From contig CAVVMW010000006.1 in NCBI GenBank assembly GCA_963749495.1, forward strand, positions 544,001-608,000: 64,000 nt of DNA, written 5' to 3'. The notes under the pieces were generated by a model, which had not been told where the DNA came from, did no database searches, and saw only the letters and a program-made list of their open reading frames with translations. Below, piece by piece: positions 42,415 to 51,950 of this stretch. Made by a program: the position numbers and the translations under genes. The stretch is from an uncultured bacterium (GTDB lineage Bacteria; Verrucomicrobiota; Verrucomicrobiia; Limisphaerales; UBA8199). Numbering within the stretch: the stretch's first letter is position 1; each line of letters starts with the position of its first letter.

Positions 42415-42738
42415 ATGCCCATTGCTCCACAGATTAGTTCGCAGCACGTCACCGGCTTTGTGGTCGGACTGGGAGTCGCCGCCGCCGGTTTTTACTTCTA
42501 CAAAAAGAATCAAAAGCGCGTGGATGACTGGCTTCGGCATCAGGGGATTGCCCTGCCGGCGGCCGAAGCCAGCGACTACCAGGCCATGACACTGGAGGAA
42601 CTGGTTAGGGAAAAGGAACGGCTCGAGGACCTCATCGCCGAGCGGGAACATGCCGCAGCGCAGCAAGCCACAAAGCCGCGTGGCCGGCGCAAGCGCCCCG
42701 CCGGCCAACCACCTCGCGCCGAGGCCAAAGCGGCCTGA
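42415..42738 (+). CDS. Small GxxxG single-TM protein with coiled tail (FezA-like)
   Basis: TGFVVGLGVAAAGFYFYKKNQ..LEELVREKERLEDLIAE. Confidence 0.72.
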   Translation: MPIAPQISSQHVTGFVVGLGVAAAGFYFYKKNQKRVDDWLRHQGIALPAAEASDYQAMTLEELVREKERLEDLIAEREHAAAQQATKPRGRRKRPAGQPPRAEAKAA

Positions 42739-42930
42739 GAGCCCGCTCACTTGCCCCGGAGCACGAGGACCGGCACGCGGATGCTGTGCTGGACGCGGCT
42801 GGCGGTGGTGCCCGGAAACAGGTCCGCCGCTCGTTGAACCAACGTCTCGCGGCGCTCGAACGCCACAGCGCGGAAATGCCGCGCACGCGCGCATCTCATC
42901 TTTGTCGCGCCCGGCCGAAGCGAGCGATGG

Positions 42931-43062
42931 GAGCGCGCGTCCGAATTCGCGAAGCGTTTTGGACTGTGGCAGTCCTCTGCCGCTTTTCGGACCCTGGGGA
43001 CGCGAAAGCGCCAGAGGACTGGCGCAGTCCAAAACCTTGCGGGCTTCCCGACGCCGCGCTCC
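42931..43062. repeat. REP-type palindrome (TTTTGGACTG.GGCAGTCCTCTG family)
   Basis: Arms TTTTGGACTGTGGCAGTCCTCTG and CAGAGGACTGGCGCAGTCCAAAA; same family at 53850-53940. Confidence 0.8.
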
Positions 43063-43168
43063 AATTGCCTGGCTTGGCGAGGGCCGACAAAGGTGAGATG
43101 TGCCCGCCGCGCACTCCAAGCGCTATTTGCCGTCGATCTCGCCGGATGCTATTCTTAATCTGGCGAAG

Positions 43169-44386
43169 ATGATTATACATGGTTTACCGCGTTCCTCCCT
43201 GGTCCCCATCCTCATGGCCTCACTCATGGGCGGGCCTGCCAACACACTGGGCGCCGATGACGTTCAGCCGCTTGCGGGCGGCATTGACGCTCTTGCCCTG
43301 GACCTCTACGGGAAGCTCAAAACCACCGACGGCAACCTCTTCTTCTCCCCCTACAGCATCTCTGCCTGCCTGGCCATGACGTGCGCCGGCGCGCGCGGGG
43401 ACACTGCCGCGCAGATGGCCCAGACCCTCCATTTCAGCACGGACCAGGCCCAACTCGCCTCCGCCTTTGGCCAACTGCAAGGGCAACTCAACGCGGTCGA
43501 GCAGGACCCGGGCATCCAATTGAATGTCGCCAACGGCTTGTGGGCGCAGCAAAGTCATCCCTTCCTCCCGGCGTTTCTGGACATCGCGAAGACCGCGTAT
43601 CAGGCAAACCTCAACCAGGTGGACTTTCGCACCCAGGCCGAACCTGCGCGCCAGGAGATCAACGACTGGGTGGGCCGCAAGACCGAAGGCAAGATCACCA
43701 ACCTGCTCCAACCGGGCACGGTTGATCCAGCCACCCGGCTGATCCTGGTTAATGCCATCCACTTCAAGGGGCAATGGGCCCGGCCGTTCAACAAAACGAA
43801 TACCACGACGGCGCCATTCTCGGCCGCACCCGGCAGACAGGTCCAAGCCGCCCTGATGAACCTGACCGCCGACTTCAACTATGCCGAGGCCCCGGGACTG
43901 CAACTGTTGGAACTCCCCTACGCCGGCGGCGGCCTCTCGATGGTCGTGCTGCTCCCCACGCAAATCGACGGGCTCAAGAGCCTGGAGGGGACGCTCAATC
44001 AACGGACACTCGACGGCTGGCTGGCACAAGCCCGCCGGCAGAAGGTCAAGGTGTTTCTGCCCAAATTCAAGCTCACGGCGCAGTTCAGCCTCGCAAGAAC
44101 CCTCGCGGAGATGGGGATGAGTGACGCTTTCTCGCCCACGGCGGATTTTTCCGGCATGGACGGCGCACGGGACCTCTTCATATCGGCCGTCCTCCATAAA
44201 GCCTTCGTGGAGGTCAACGAGGAGGGGACCGAGGCCGCCGCGGCAACCGGCACTGTGATGAGGATGCTCGCCGTCAGGCCCCAGCCCACACTTGTTTTCC
44301 GCGCCGATCATCCCTTCGTCTTCCTCATTCGCGACACCCGTTCAGGCAGCATTCTCTTCCTGGGCCGAGTGCTCGACCCGAGTTAG
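43169..44386 (+). CDS. Serpin (serine protease inhibitor), probably exported
   Basis: NLFFSPYSI, LVNAIHFKGQW, LPKF, hinge EEGTEAAAAT, FRADHPFVFLI. Confidence 0.95.
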   Translation: MIIHGLPRSSLVPILMASLMGGPANTLGADDVQPLAGGIDALALDLYGKLKTTDGNLFFSPYSISACLAMTCAGARGDTAAQMAQTLHFSTDQAQLASAFGQLQGQLNAVEQDPGIQLNVANGLWAQQSHPFLPAFLDIAKTAYQANLNQVDFRTQAEPARQEINDWVGRKTEGKITNLLQPGTVDPATRLILVNAIHFKGQWARPFNKTNTTTAPFSAAPGRQVQAALMNLTADFNYAEAPGLQLLELPYAGGGLSMVVLLPTQIDGLKSLEGTLNQRTLDGWLAQARRQKVKVFLPKFKLTAQFSLARTLAEMGMSDAFSPTADFSGMDGARDLFISAVLHKAFVEVNEEGTEAAAATGTVMRMLAVRPQPTLVFRADHPFVFLIRDTRSGSILFLGRVLDPS

Positions 44387-44502
44387 TCCACAGTCCACAG
44401 TCCACAGTCCAGAGTCCACAATCAGCCAACGGTCGCCTCTGTCCATATCTCGGCCCGGCACGCATACCGTGGACTGTGGACTGTGGACTGTGGACCGTGG
44501 AC
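44386..44502. repeat. Inverted heptamer arrays (GTCCACA)n..(TGTGGAC)n, possible terminator
   Basis: About 5 units per arm directly after the serpin stop. Confidence 0.85.
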
Positions 44503-44522
44503 GGTGGAGGGCGGACGGAATC

Positions 44523-44895
44523 GCAATGGGGTCGGTTAATGAGATTGTCATATAGGGACTTTGATCAGAATAGTAATTCTCATTAACTGACCCCTAGACG
44601 CAATGGGGTCGCAATGGGGTCGGTTAATGAGATTGTCATATAGGGACTTTGATCAGAATAGTAATTCTCATTAACTGACCCCTTTAAGAATAGTACATTC
44701 TCGATTCCGCAGAAAAACCCCCTGTTTTTGGAGATAAGCGGAGGTGCAGGAAAAGTGTCGGGAATTCTTACGCGCTAATTTGGTCTGTACGCGATTTGAA
44801 TGACCGAGGGATACATCAGACATGGTTTTTTTCACTGTCTCTTTTTGATCAGAGGGGTTTTTCAGCAGAATCATTCTCATTAACTGACCCCTTTA
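44523..44895. repeat. AT-rich GGGGTC..GACCCC palindromic repeat cluster
   Basis: Identical 73-bp units at 44523-44595 and 44611-44683, a stutter GCAATGGGGTC between them, half-sites near 44688 and 44868. Confidence 0.85.
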
Positions 44896-45078
44896 CTTTA
44901 CGCCAAGAACAGCGACCACCAGCAACGCCAGCACCACATTGACCCGCGTCCGCATAACGGCAGTCTGTCCGAGCGGCGCAAGGGGGCAAGCAAATACCGC
45001 AACCCGCTTACGGGTGCGCCAGAAGAACGGCGGGATTGACGCGGTTGAGGAACAGCGAAATACTATGCCGGTTGCGCC

Positions 45079-45279
45079 ATGCCAAGAAAGACACGAGAGT
45101 TGATTGCTGACTTGGGACAGGCGGGTTTCGCCCAGGTGCCGGGTGGAAAGGGTTCGCACCGGAAGTTCCGTCACCCGCGTCTTCCTGGTGCGTTGATCTT
45201 GAGCGGCAAAGACGGCGCCGATGCGCACCCATACCAGGAGAGGCAAGTGCGCAACGCTATACAGGACGCGAGCCGATGA
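45079..45279 (+). CDS. hicA: HicA-family toxin
   Basis: AGF..GGKGSHRKFRHP..SGKDGADAHPYQE. Confidence 0.88.
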   Translation: MPRKTRELIADLGQAGFAQVPGGKGSHRKFRHPRLPGALILSGKDGADAHPYQERQVRNAIQDASR

Positions 45280-45512
45280 AGACCGAAGACCGTTACCTGA
45301 AATTCGTTCGTTGGAGCGAACCGGACAACCTCTACGTGGGATACTGTCCCGACCTCTTTCCGTGGGGCGGCGTTTGCCACGCGGCCACGGAGGAGCACGC
45401 TTACAGGGAGTTGTGCTCGCTCGTTCGCGATGAACTTGTGGATTTGCAGCGCGCGGGCATGGACCTTCCCATCCCCAACACCCGCCCCATGCGCGACGCC
45501 GCACCCGCGTGA
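45276..45512 (+). CDS. hicB: HicB-like antitoxin
   Basis: WSEPDNLYVGYCPDL..CHAATEEHAY..G.DLP.P; ATGA overlap. Confidence 0.8.
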   Translation: MKTEDRYLKFVRWSEPDNLYVGYCPDLFPWGGVCHAATEEHAYRELCSLVRDELVDLQRAGMDLPIPNTRPMRDAAPA

Positions 45513-45544
45513 TGCTTGGAAAAAGGCTGACCGGCGGCCCCTTT

Positions 45545-45606
45545 CGGTAAATGAGATTGTCATAATTCCCGATCAGGATAGTACATTCTCATGGGCTGAC
45601 CCCTTT
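45545..45606. repeat. Diverged copy of the GGGGTC..GACCCC element
   Basis: CGGTAAATGAGATTGTCATA..GATCAGGATAGTACATTCTCAT..CTGACCCC. Confidence 0.8.
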
Positions 45607-45732
45607 CCGGCCAGAGCATCGTTAGCGCATTGACGGGGATTGGCACACGCACACCCTGGAGCACTCGGAGAGCCGTCTGGAGCCGTGTGGGCCACGGCTT
45701 TGTCGGCTTTGAGTTCGTCCACACCAAACGAC

Positions 45733-45791
45733 TGCTAAATATTTCGCATTTTGTTGTTGACACCTCGTTCCAGGATGCTAAGCTTTTAACA
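45733..45791 (+). promoter_or_regulatory. blaI promoter with two candidate operator palindromes
   Basis: TGCTAAATATTTCGCA (45733-45748) and TGCTAAGCTTTTAACA (45776-45791) around TTGACA-16 bp-TAAGCT. Confidence 0.6.
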
Positions 45792-45798
45792 CTTTAAG

Positions 45799-46182
45799 AT
45801 GAACTTGGAACGGGACCTCAGCCGCCGCGAACGCCAGATCATGGATGTGCTCCACGCCAGAGGCGAAGCCACCGCGGCAGAGGTCCTCCCCGCCCTGCCC
45901 GATCCTCCGGGCTACTCCGCTGTCCGGACCCTGCTCCGCATCCTCGAGGAAAAAGGCCATGTGAGGCATCGTCGCGAGGGAGCGCGTTATTTTTATGCCC
46001 CGCGAACCTCGCCAAAGGTCGCCCGTCGTTCCGCGTTGAAACGGGTGGTCGCCACGTTCTTCCAAGGATCGGTGGCGCAGGCGATGGCGGCGCTCCTGGA
46101 GGGCGCCGACACCGAGCTTTCGGATGGAGAATTGATCCGACTGCAACAGCTCATCAAGAAAGCGAGAAAGGAAGGCCGTTAG
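45799..46182 (+). CDS. BlaI/MecI/CopY-family repressor
   Basis: LSRRERQIMDVL..YSAVRTLLRILEEKG..FFQGS. Confidence 0.93.
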   Translation: MNLERDLSRRERQIMDVLHARGEATAAEVLPALPDPPGYSAVRTLLRILEEKGHVRHRREGARYFYAPRTSPKVARRSALKRVVATFFQGSVAQAMAALLEGADTELSDGELIRLQQLIKKARKEGR

Positions 46183-46183
46183 C

Positions 46184-47045
46184 ATGAATTCATGGACCGC
46201 AATCGTGAGGCATTCGCTGGCAGACTTCCAGCTTGCCGCCGGGTTTCTGGATGCATTCCTCAAGAGTTTCGTCATTCTCATCGTCGCCGGCGGGGTCTGC
46301 CTTTTGTGGCGCCGAGGCGCCGCCTGCGCGCGCCACTTGGTGTGGGTTCTGGCGGTGGCGGGATTGCTCTGTTTGCCGGGCCTTTCGGGCCTGATGCCGG
46401 CGTGGCAGCGGCCGCTTTGGACGGTGGGGACGCGCGCCAATTCCGAAAACGAACTCACACTCACCCTCGAGTTCGCGCCGGCCAGGGCAAGCACAGCCTC
46501 CGCCCGCCAGGCGCCTGCCCCCGAGTCCGCTGAGGCGGCTCCTGCTCTTGCCGCGCCTCAAGGCGCCGGAGGACAACGACTGGCGACTCGTCTCCACACC
46601 GGTTGGGCAGCCTCCGTCCTTGCCGTCTGGATGAGCGGAGCGGTTATCATTCTGCTCTCGGTGGCGGTCGGGCGCTTTCGCCTCCAGGCCCTCCGCCGCG
46701 GCGCAGGCGCGCCCTCCAATGCCGACTGGCTCCCGTTATTGGGCCTGCTTTGCGAGGAGTTGCGGGTTGGGCGGCGCGTGACTTTGTTGCAGTCTGCGGA
46801 CGACCCGATGCCGGTGACCTGGGGCTGTTTGCGGCCGGTCATCCTCCTGCCGGCCCAGGCCGATGAATGGTCGCCGGAGCGGCGCCGGGTCGTGCTGCTG
46901 CACGAGCTGGCGCACGTGAAACGGTGGGATTGCCTGACCCAAATGATGGCCCGGCTGGCCTGTGCAGTTTACTGGTTCAACCCACTGGCCTGGGTGGCGG
47001 CGCGGCGGATGTGCATCGAACGCGAGCGGGCCTGCGACGACCTAG
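46184..47045 (+). pseudogene. BlaR1/M56 peptidase sensor, truncated by IS1634
   Basis: ARHLVW, HELAHVKRWD, WFNPL, ERERACDD then the IS end. Confidence 0.9.
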
Positions 47046-49036
47046 CCCCAGTTTACGAGTTATTTCAAGGGTGCCTCGGAATTGGTTGTCAACCAGCAGG
47101 TTACAACCTGGCCCCTCTATGCCCTAAAACGGCGATTTGGGGGCTCTCAGTTCGAGTATCTCCATCAGCTTTGCCTGGATTTCGTCCCGCTTGGTCAGCA
47201 CCGGCTGCTCCGTGGCCGGTCGGCCTGCGCGGCGGGCTGGGTAAACATTGATCACCTCCTGAATCCGGCCCAACTTCTCCAGCAGACCGGCCATGGATAA
47301 GCGCACGCCCGCCTGCCGTGCGCGGCGCCACACCAGGGTCGGAGCAGTACCGCAATAGTACAATAGAGTCCATGGACTTGGATCTTGCTCTCGGTCCAGT
47401 GGTGCAGTGGCCACCAGGCGCCAATGTGCCGGTCCTTCATTTCGTGGAAAATCTCCTCGATGACAAATTGGCTCCGGTAAGCGCGAATTACCTGGGCGTC
47501 GGTCCATTCCTTATGACCGGTGATGAGCAGCGTCTTGCCCAGATACGTATCGGCCAACTGTTGCTGCGCGGCTGGGTCCGCCACGTAAGCCAATTGGAGC
47601 ACGCCCGCCGCCGTCCGCGAGACGGTGGTCTTGAGCAACTGGCCCAGATGCTGACGGTGAAGAATCTGGTCGCACTTGCGCTGGACCGATTCGACGCTCG
47701 GCAGGGTGCCTCCCTTAATGAGCCCTGCGGCACGGTCTTGGAGGTTCTGCCGCACTTGGGCCAACTGGCTCAGCGCGCGGGCCAGGTCGTTTTGCACCGT
47801 CGCCCATTGGCTGGCAAAGAGGTGCTCGTTGTAAGTGACCACCACCGTGCGCTCCTTGCCATAGACCACCAGTTGGGTGTGCCAGCTTTTGGTGCCTTCC
47901 AGGCCCGGCTCGGTGGCGGCCTGCCAACGGGCGTCCTGGTTGGAAATCCGCATCAGGTCGGGATGCTCGTCCAACTTGACCGAACCGACGTAGGGCAGTC
48001 CGAGTTGGTCAATCAAGCCGAAGTTGTCCTCGGAGTTGTTGCCCTTATCGAAGATGAGCGTCGGTTTGACCGTGGCCCAGGTCGAACCGGCCCGCTCCAC
48101 CAGCCAGCGCTGAAACCTCGCCAGCACTTGCGGGAACTCCTTGGCGTCGTTGCGGTTGCCCTCATAGACCTCGTAAAAGAGCGGCAACTGCCCGTCGGTG
48201 GAGCAGAACAGGGCATAGCTGACTTGCCGCAGATTGCACCGGCCCTGCTTGTTCTTGCCGCGTTTGGCGACTTGGCACTTGAGGTTGAAGGTGTCGATGA
48301 AGGTGTAGAAGTTGGTGCCGTCATAACAAATCTGCGAGAGCGGGATTTGCTCCCGCTGCAGGACGCCGCCGATGAGTTGCTGCCAGATGGCCTGGGCGGT
48401 GAGCGGCTCGATGCGGTCCATGTGATCCCAGAAGCGCGGGGAGGTCAATTGCGCCGCCGACGCCTCGGGCCATAAACGCGCCAGGCAGGTGCGGCCAAGC
48501 CAATCCCACATCGCCTGCTTGCTGACCGGGTCGTAGGCACGGTTGATGGCCGCCAGGCGGATGTAGTCGCCGGTGCTCAGTCCCTGGTCGCGCTTGGGGC
48601 ATAGTTGATCGACCAGTTCGGCGACCCGGGCACGGCGCGTTTCCTGCCAGAGGGCCAGCGGCAGGGCCCAGTCGAGCACCTGGGCGTATTGGGGAGGGGG
48701 GCCGGTGCCCGCAACGGCTTGCGCGATATCCTCGGCTTTGCCGAGGTATCTTTGGGAGAGGCGGCGGCATTTGCCGTTTTTCCAACCCCAGAGGGAGAGA
48801 TAGTAGTAGGTGTGGCCATGAATGTTTTTGGCTTCGAGGCGATGCATAGCGCGCCGGACATGCGACGCGCATATTCAGGGCATAGTTACAGAAGATTGTC
48901 AAGCATAATATCTCATTTTATAGGGAAATATTGACGGTATCTGGGCTTGTGTTTTAGGGCATAGTGAGGAGGACGCGCAAACATTTGGGTCAGAAGGCCT
49001 TACACAGAATGGGCTATGCTAACTCGTAAACTGGGG
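47046..49036 (-). mobile_element. IS1634-family insertion sequence
   Basis: Perfect 17-bp TIR CCCCAGTTTACGAGTTA, CTAG on both sides. Confidence 0.9.
47124..48847 (-). CDS. IS1634-family DDE transposase (frameshift near 47340)
   Basis: YYYL..W..GK..RYLG, YDGTNFY, YEGNRND, IFDKG, Y..Q..IEEIF..MK, PLHHWT..I.VH. Confidence 0.88.
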
Positions 49037-49397
49037 CTAGGTCGGTCGCCACACCCGTGGGAAAGTTGAATCGGGCGACGCTCCCCGTGCCATCCGCGCT
49101 ACCCGGTTGCCCTGCCAGCCCGGCCAGGGTCGTGACCACACCCGCGGGGCTGATCCGGCGAATCGTGTGGTCCGGGCAGTCCGCCACATAAACGGTCCCG
49201 GCGCTGTCCACCGCCACTCCCGTGGGCTGCTTGAACTGCGCCGCGCTCCCCGTGCCGTCCGCACTGCCCCATTGGCGGGGCGTGCCCGCGAAGTTGGTGA
49301 AGGCATACTGCTGCGCCACAGCGGCGGGCAACCAGCCGAGCAGGGCCACGCCCCAAACCGCCAATCCGGGCATCGTACAAATCTGCTTGATCTTCAT
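49037..49397 (-). pseudogene. Secreted NHL-repeat protein, truncated by IS1634
   Basis: Signal peptide; GSADGTGSAAQF..PTGVAVDSAGTVYVAD..HTIRRI. Confidence 0.85.
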
Positions 49398-49603
49398 AGA
49401 GCCTCCTTCCGTATCACTGACTTTTGTCTCCAGGTTATTTGCGGGCCGCCAATCGAAATCCCAAGCAGTGTGCCTTGGCAGGCCAGTCTGCATGGCTCCG
49501 CAGGAATTGACCGACCGTCCGCGCCGAGTATGAGACTCCCCCCGGATTTAGTCAAGACGCTTTGGAGGGGCCATTTCGACCAGGCGCAGGACAGAATTCT
49601 TCG

Positions 49604-49659
49604 CTGCCGCCTAAAGGCGGCGTTCCGCAGCCAACCGGAACGCCGCCTTTAGGCGGCAG
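49604..49659. repeat. REP palindrome (CTGCCGCCTAAAGGCGGCGTTCC) inside a short direct duplication
   Basis: Perfect inverted pair; TTCGACCAGG..GACAGAATTCTTCGC at about 49575 and 49693. Confidence 0.75.
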
Positions 49660-49792
49660 GATGGGCGCTCGAAGAAATCGGTCGTGCGCCCCTTCGACCA
49701 GGGTGTGAGACAGAATTCTTCGCCCCACAGAATTCGCGCAGGTGTTGGAAGGATATCGTGCCCAGAGAGCTAGACACTGGTCCGGCTCCGCT

Positions 49793-50007
49793 CATCGCGT
49801 AGCGATGATACGAAGGTAGCCGTGTGGCTTCAGCCCACGGAAAGGCGTTTCAGCCAGAGGGGTCGCGTCGCGCAGCGACGCCTGAGCCGCCCCTCCCCTC
49901 GGGGCCGCAGCCCGTTTCAGGCGTCGCTACGCGACGCCGGGGCTTCACCGGCACCTCGACCGGGGGCTGAAGCCACCCGGCTACGATCAGGACACCGCTA
50001 CGCGGTG
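49793..50007. repeat. REPIN-type nested palindrome (GTAGCCGTG.GGCTTCAGCCC family)
   Basis: GTAGCC..CTTCAGCCC / GGGCTGAAG..GGCTAC with inner CGTCGCG.AGCGACG hairpins. Confidence 0.8.
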
Positions 50008-50069
50008 AACAGCGGCCCCCGCAACCCCCGATGCATCGGGGGAGGTCTGCCCCACCGCTCCCCACCTGA

Positions 50070-50243
50070 GGGCGCATCCCGCCACCGCCCCCACCGCCGG
50101 GGGCTGGACCGGAGTGCGCCCATCCTCGGGCGCAACAACGTCCGGAGCCAGGGCAGCGGTCAAACACTCCAGCGCGCCTGCCTCCTCCGTCGCTGCTGCG
50201 CCCGGGGACGGGCGCACTCCGGGGGAAGTGTCTGGATGCGTCC
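50070..50243. mobile_element. 174-bp MITE-like element, intergenic copy
   Basis: Ends GGGCGCATCC / GGATGCGTCC; inner GGAGTGCGCCC..GGGCGCACTCC; reverse-complement homolog of 62469-62642. Confidence 0.8.
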
Positions 50244-50330
50244 CTACCCGAACAGTTGCGAGAATTGTATTGTGCATTGGGGCGATCGGCGGCATACGTG
50301 GATCGTGTTGAACAACCCTCACTTTTTGGC

Positions 50331-51767
50331 ATGGTCATGAGAACCCGGCTGAGGATTATCGCGCTGGTTTGCGCCGCGCTCGCGGCGGGTTGGGCTGGCC
50401 TCGCGCGCGCAGGCCAATCTGCCGCAACCGAGCGCCCGAACATCATCATCATCCTGGCCGACGATCTCGGTTGGGGTGATTTAAGCTGTTACGGCCACCC
50501 CAGCATCCGCACGCCCAACCTCGACCGTCTGGCGGCAGAGGGCATGCGGTTCACGGACTTCTATTCTGCCGGCGAGGTTTGCACCCCGAGCCGGGCGGCT
50601 TTATTGACCGGACGCTACCCGATCCGCAGCGGCATGTGCGACGACAAATACAGGGTCCTGCGGCGCGTCTCATCCGGAGGGCTGCCTGCGGGGGAAATCA
50701 CCATCGCCCAGGCCCTCAAGAACCACGGCTACAGCACGGCTTGCATCGGGAAGTGGCACGTGGGCAACTATATGAATGACCCGGCGCACCACCCGCGCCG
50801 CCACGGGTTTGATTATTACTTCGGCCTGCCCCATTCCAACGACATGAACCCCACCCCGGCGGCGCCCAAAGGCGCGACCAGCCGGCTGGACCAGGAGCCC
50901 GAGTGGTGGGCGGCGCCGCTCTTCCGCAACGAGCAACTCATCGAGTGCCCGGCCAATCAGACGAGCTTGACCCGCCGCTACACCAAGGAGGCGGTCCGGT
51001 TCATTCACGAGCATCGGGACGGGCCGTTCCTGGTTTACCTGGCGCACACCTTCCCCCATGTCCCGCTCTTCGCCTCCGGGCAGTTCAAGGGCCGGAGCCG
51101 CCGCGGGCTTTACGGCAACGTGGTGGAGGAGATTGACTGGAGCGTCGGCCGGGTCGTCGAGGCCTTGCGCCGCGAAGGGCTGGAGCGGAAGACCTTCCTG
51201 TTCTTCACCAGTGACAACGGGCCCTGGCTGACCCAGGGCGAGGCCGGCGGTTCGGCCGGCCCGTTGCGTGAGGGCAAAGGCTCGACCTGGGAGGGCGGGA
51301 TGCGTGAGCCGGGCATAGCCTGGTGGCCGGGCCGGATTCGGGGCGGGGTGGTCACCCGCGAACTGGCCTGCACGATGGATCTGTTTGCGACCAGTCTCAA
51401 GCTGGCCGGGGCCGGACTGCCCGCGGACCGGGTGATCGACGGCGTGGACCTGGCCCCGATCCTGTTCGAGACGGGGCCGGGCCAGCGCGCGGTTTTCTGC
51501 TACTACCGCGGCACTCAGCTTTACGCCCTGCGCAAAGGGCCGTTCAAGGCCCATTTCACCACCCGTTCCGGCTACGGCGCAGACGCCGCCGTTTCACATG
51601 ACCCGCCTTTGCTCTTTGACTTGGGCCATGACCCGGGCGAGCGCTTCGATGTGGCTGCCAGCCATGCCGATGTGCTGGCCGACGTTGCCAAGGAAGCCGA
51701 GCGCCACCGGGCGACCCTCACGCCGGTCAAATCCCAGCTCGAGGAAGCGGTGGCCGGTGATCGGTGA
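50331..51767 (+). CDS. Arylsulfatase (formylglycine-dependent, secreted)
   Basis: Signal peptide, PNIIIILADDLG, CTPSRAALLTG, GKWH, SDNGP. Confidence 0.95.
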   Translation: MVMRTRLRIIALVCAALAAGWAGLARAGQSAATERPNIIIILADDLGWGDLSCYGHPSIRTPNLDRLAAEGMRFTDFYSAGEVCTPSRAALLTGRYPIRSGMCDDKYRVLRRVSSGGLPAGEITIAQALKNHGYSTACIGKWHVGNYMNDPAHHPRRHGFDYYFGLPHSNDMNPTPAAPKGATSRLDQEPEWWAAPLFRNEQLIECPANQTSLTRRYTKEAVRFIHEHRDGPFLVYLAHTFPHVPLFASGQFKGRSRRGLYGNVVEEIDWSVGRVVEALRREGLERKTFLFFTSDNGPWLTQGEAGGSAGPLREGKGSTWEGGMREPGIAWWPGRIRGGVVTRELACTMDLFATSLKLAGAGLPADRVIDGVDLAPILFETGPGQRAVFCYYRGTQLYALRKGPFKAHFTTRSGYGADAAVSHDPPLLFDLGHDPGERFDVAASHADVLADVAKEAERHRATLTPVKSQLEEAVAGDR

Positions 51768-51768
51768 T

Positions 51769-51933
51769 CCTAAATCCGGCAGTTCAGCTTTTTCAACCAC
51801 GGATGGACACGGATAAAGACGGATAGGGAAATGCCTGGAGGGGCCCACGCCATGGGTGAACGCCTCCTGTTCCATTTCCTCTGTAAATCCGTGTTCATCC
51901 GTGTTCATCAGTGGTTGAGTTGCCGTTTTGAGG
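51769..51933. mobile_element. 165-bp MITE (IS1380-like ends) enclosing an ACCACGGATGGACACGGAT palindrome
   Basis: GTGAT duplicated (51764-51768, 51934-51938); TIRs CCTAAATCCGGCAGTTCA / CCTCAAAACGGCAACTCA. Confidence 0.7.
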
Positions 51934-51950
51934 GTGATAGCCTGTGCTGT

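Noticed and set aside
44523..44895. CRISPR array
   Set aside because: Units are 73-bp palindromes without unique regular spacers
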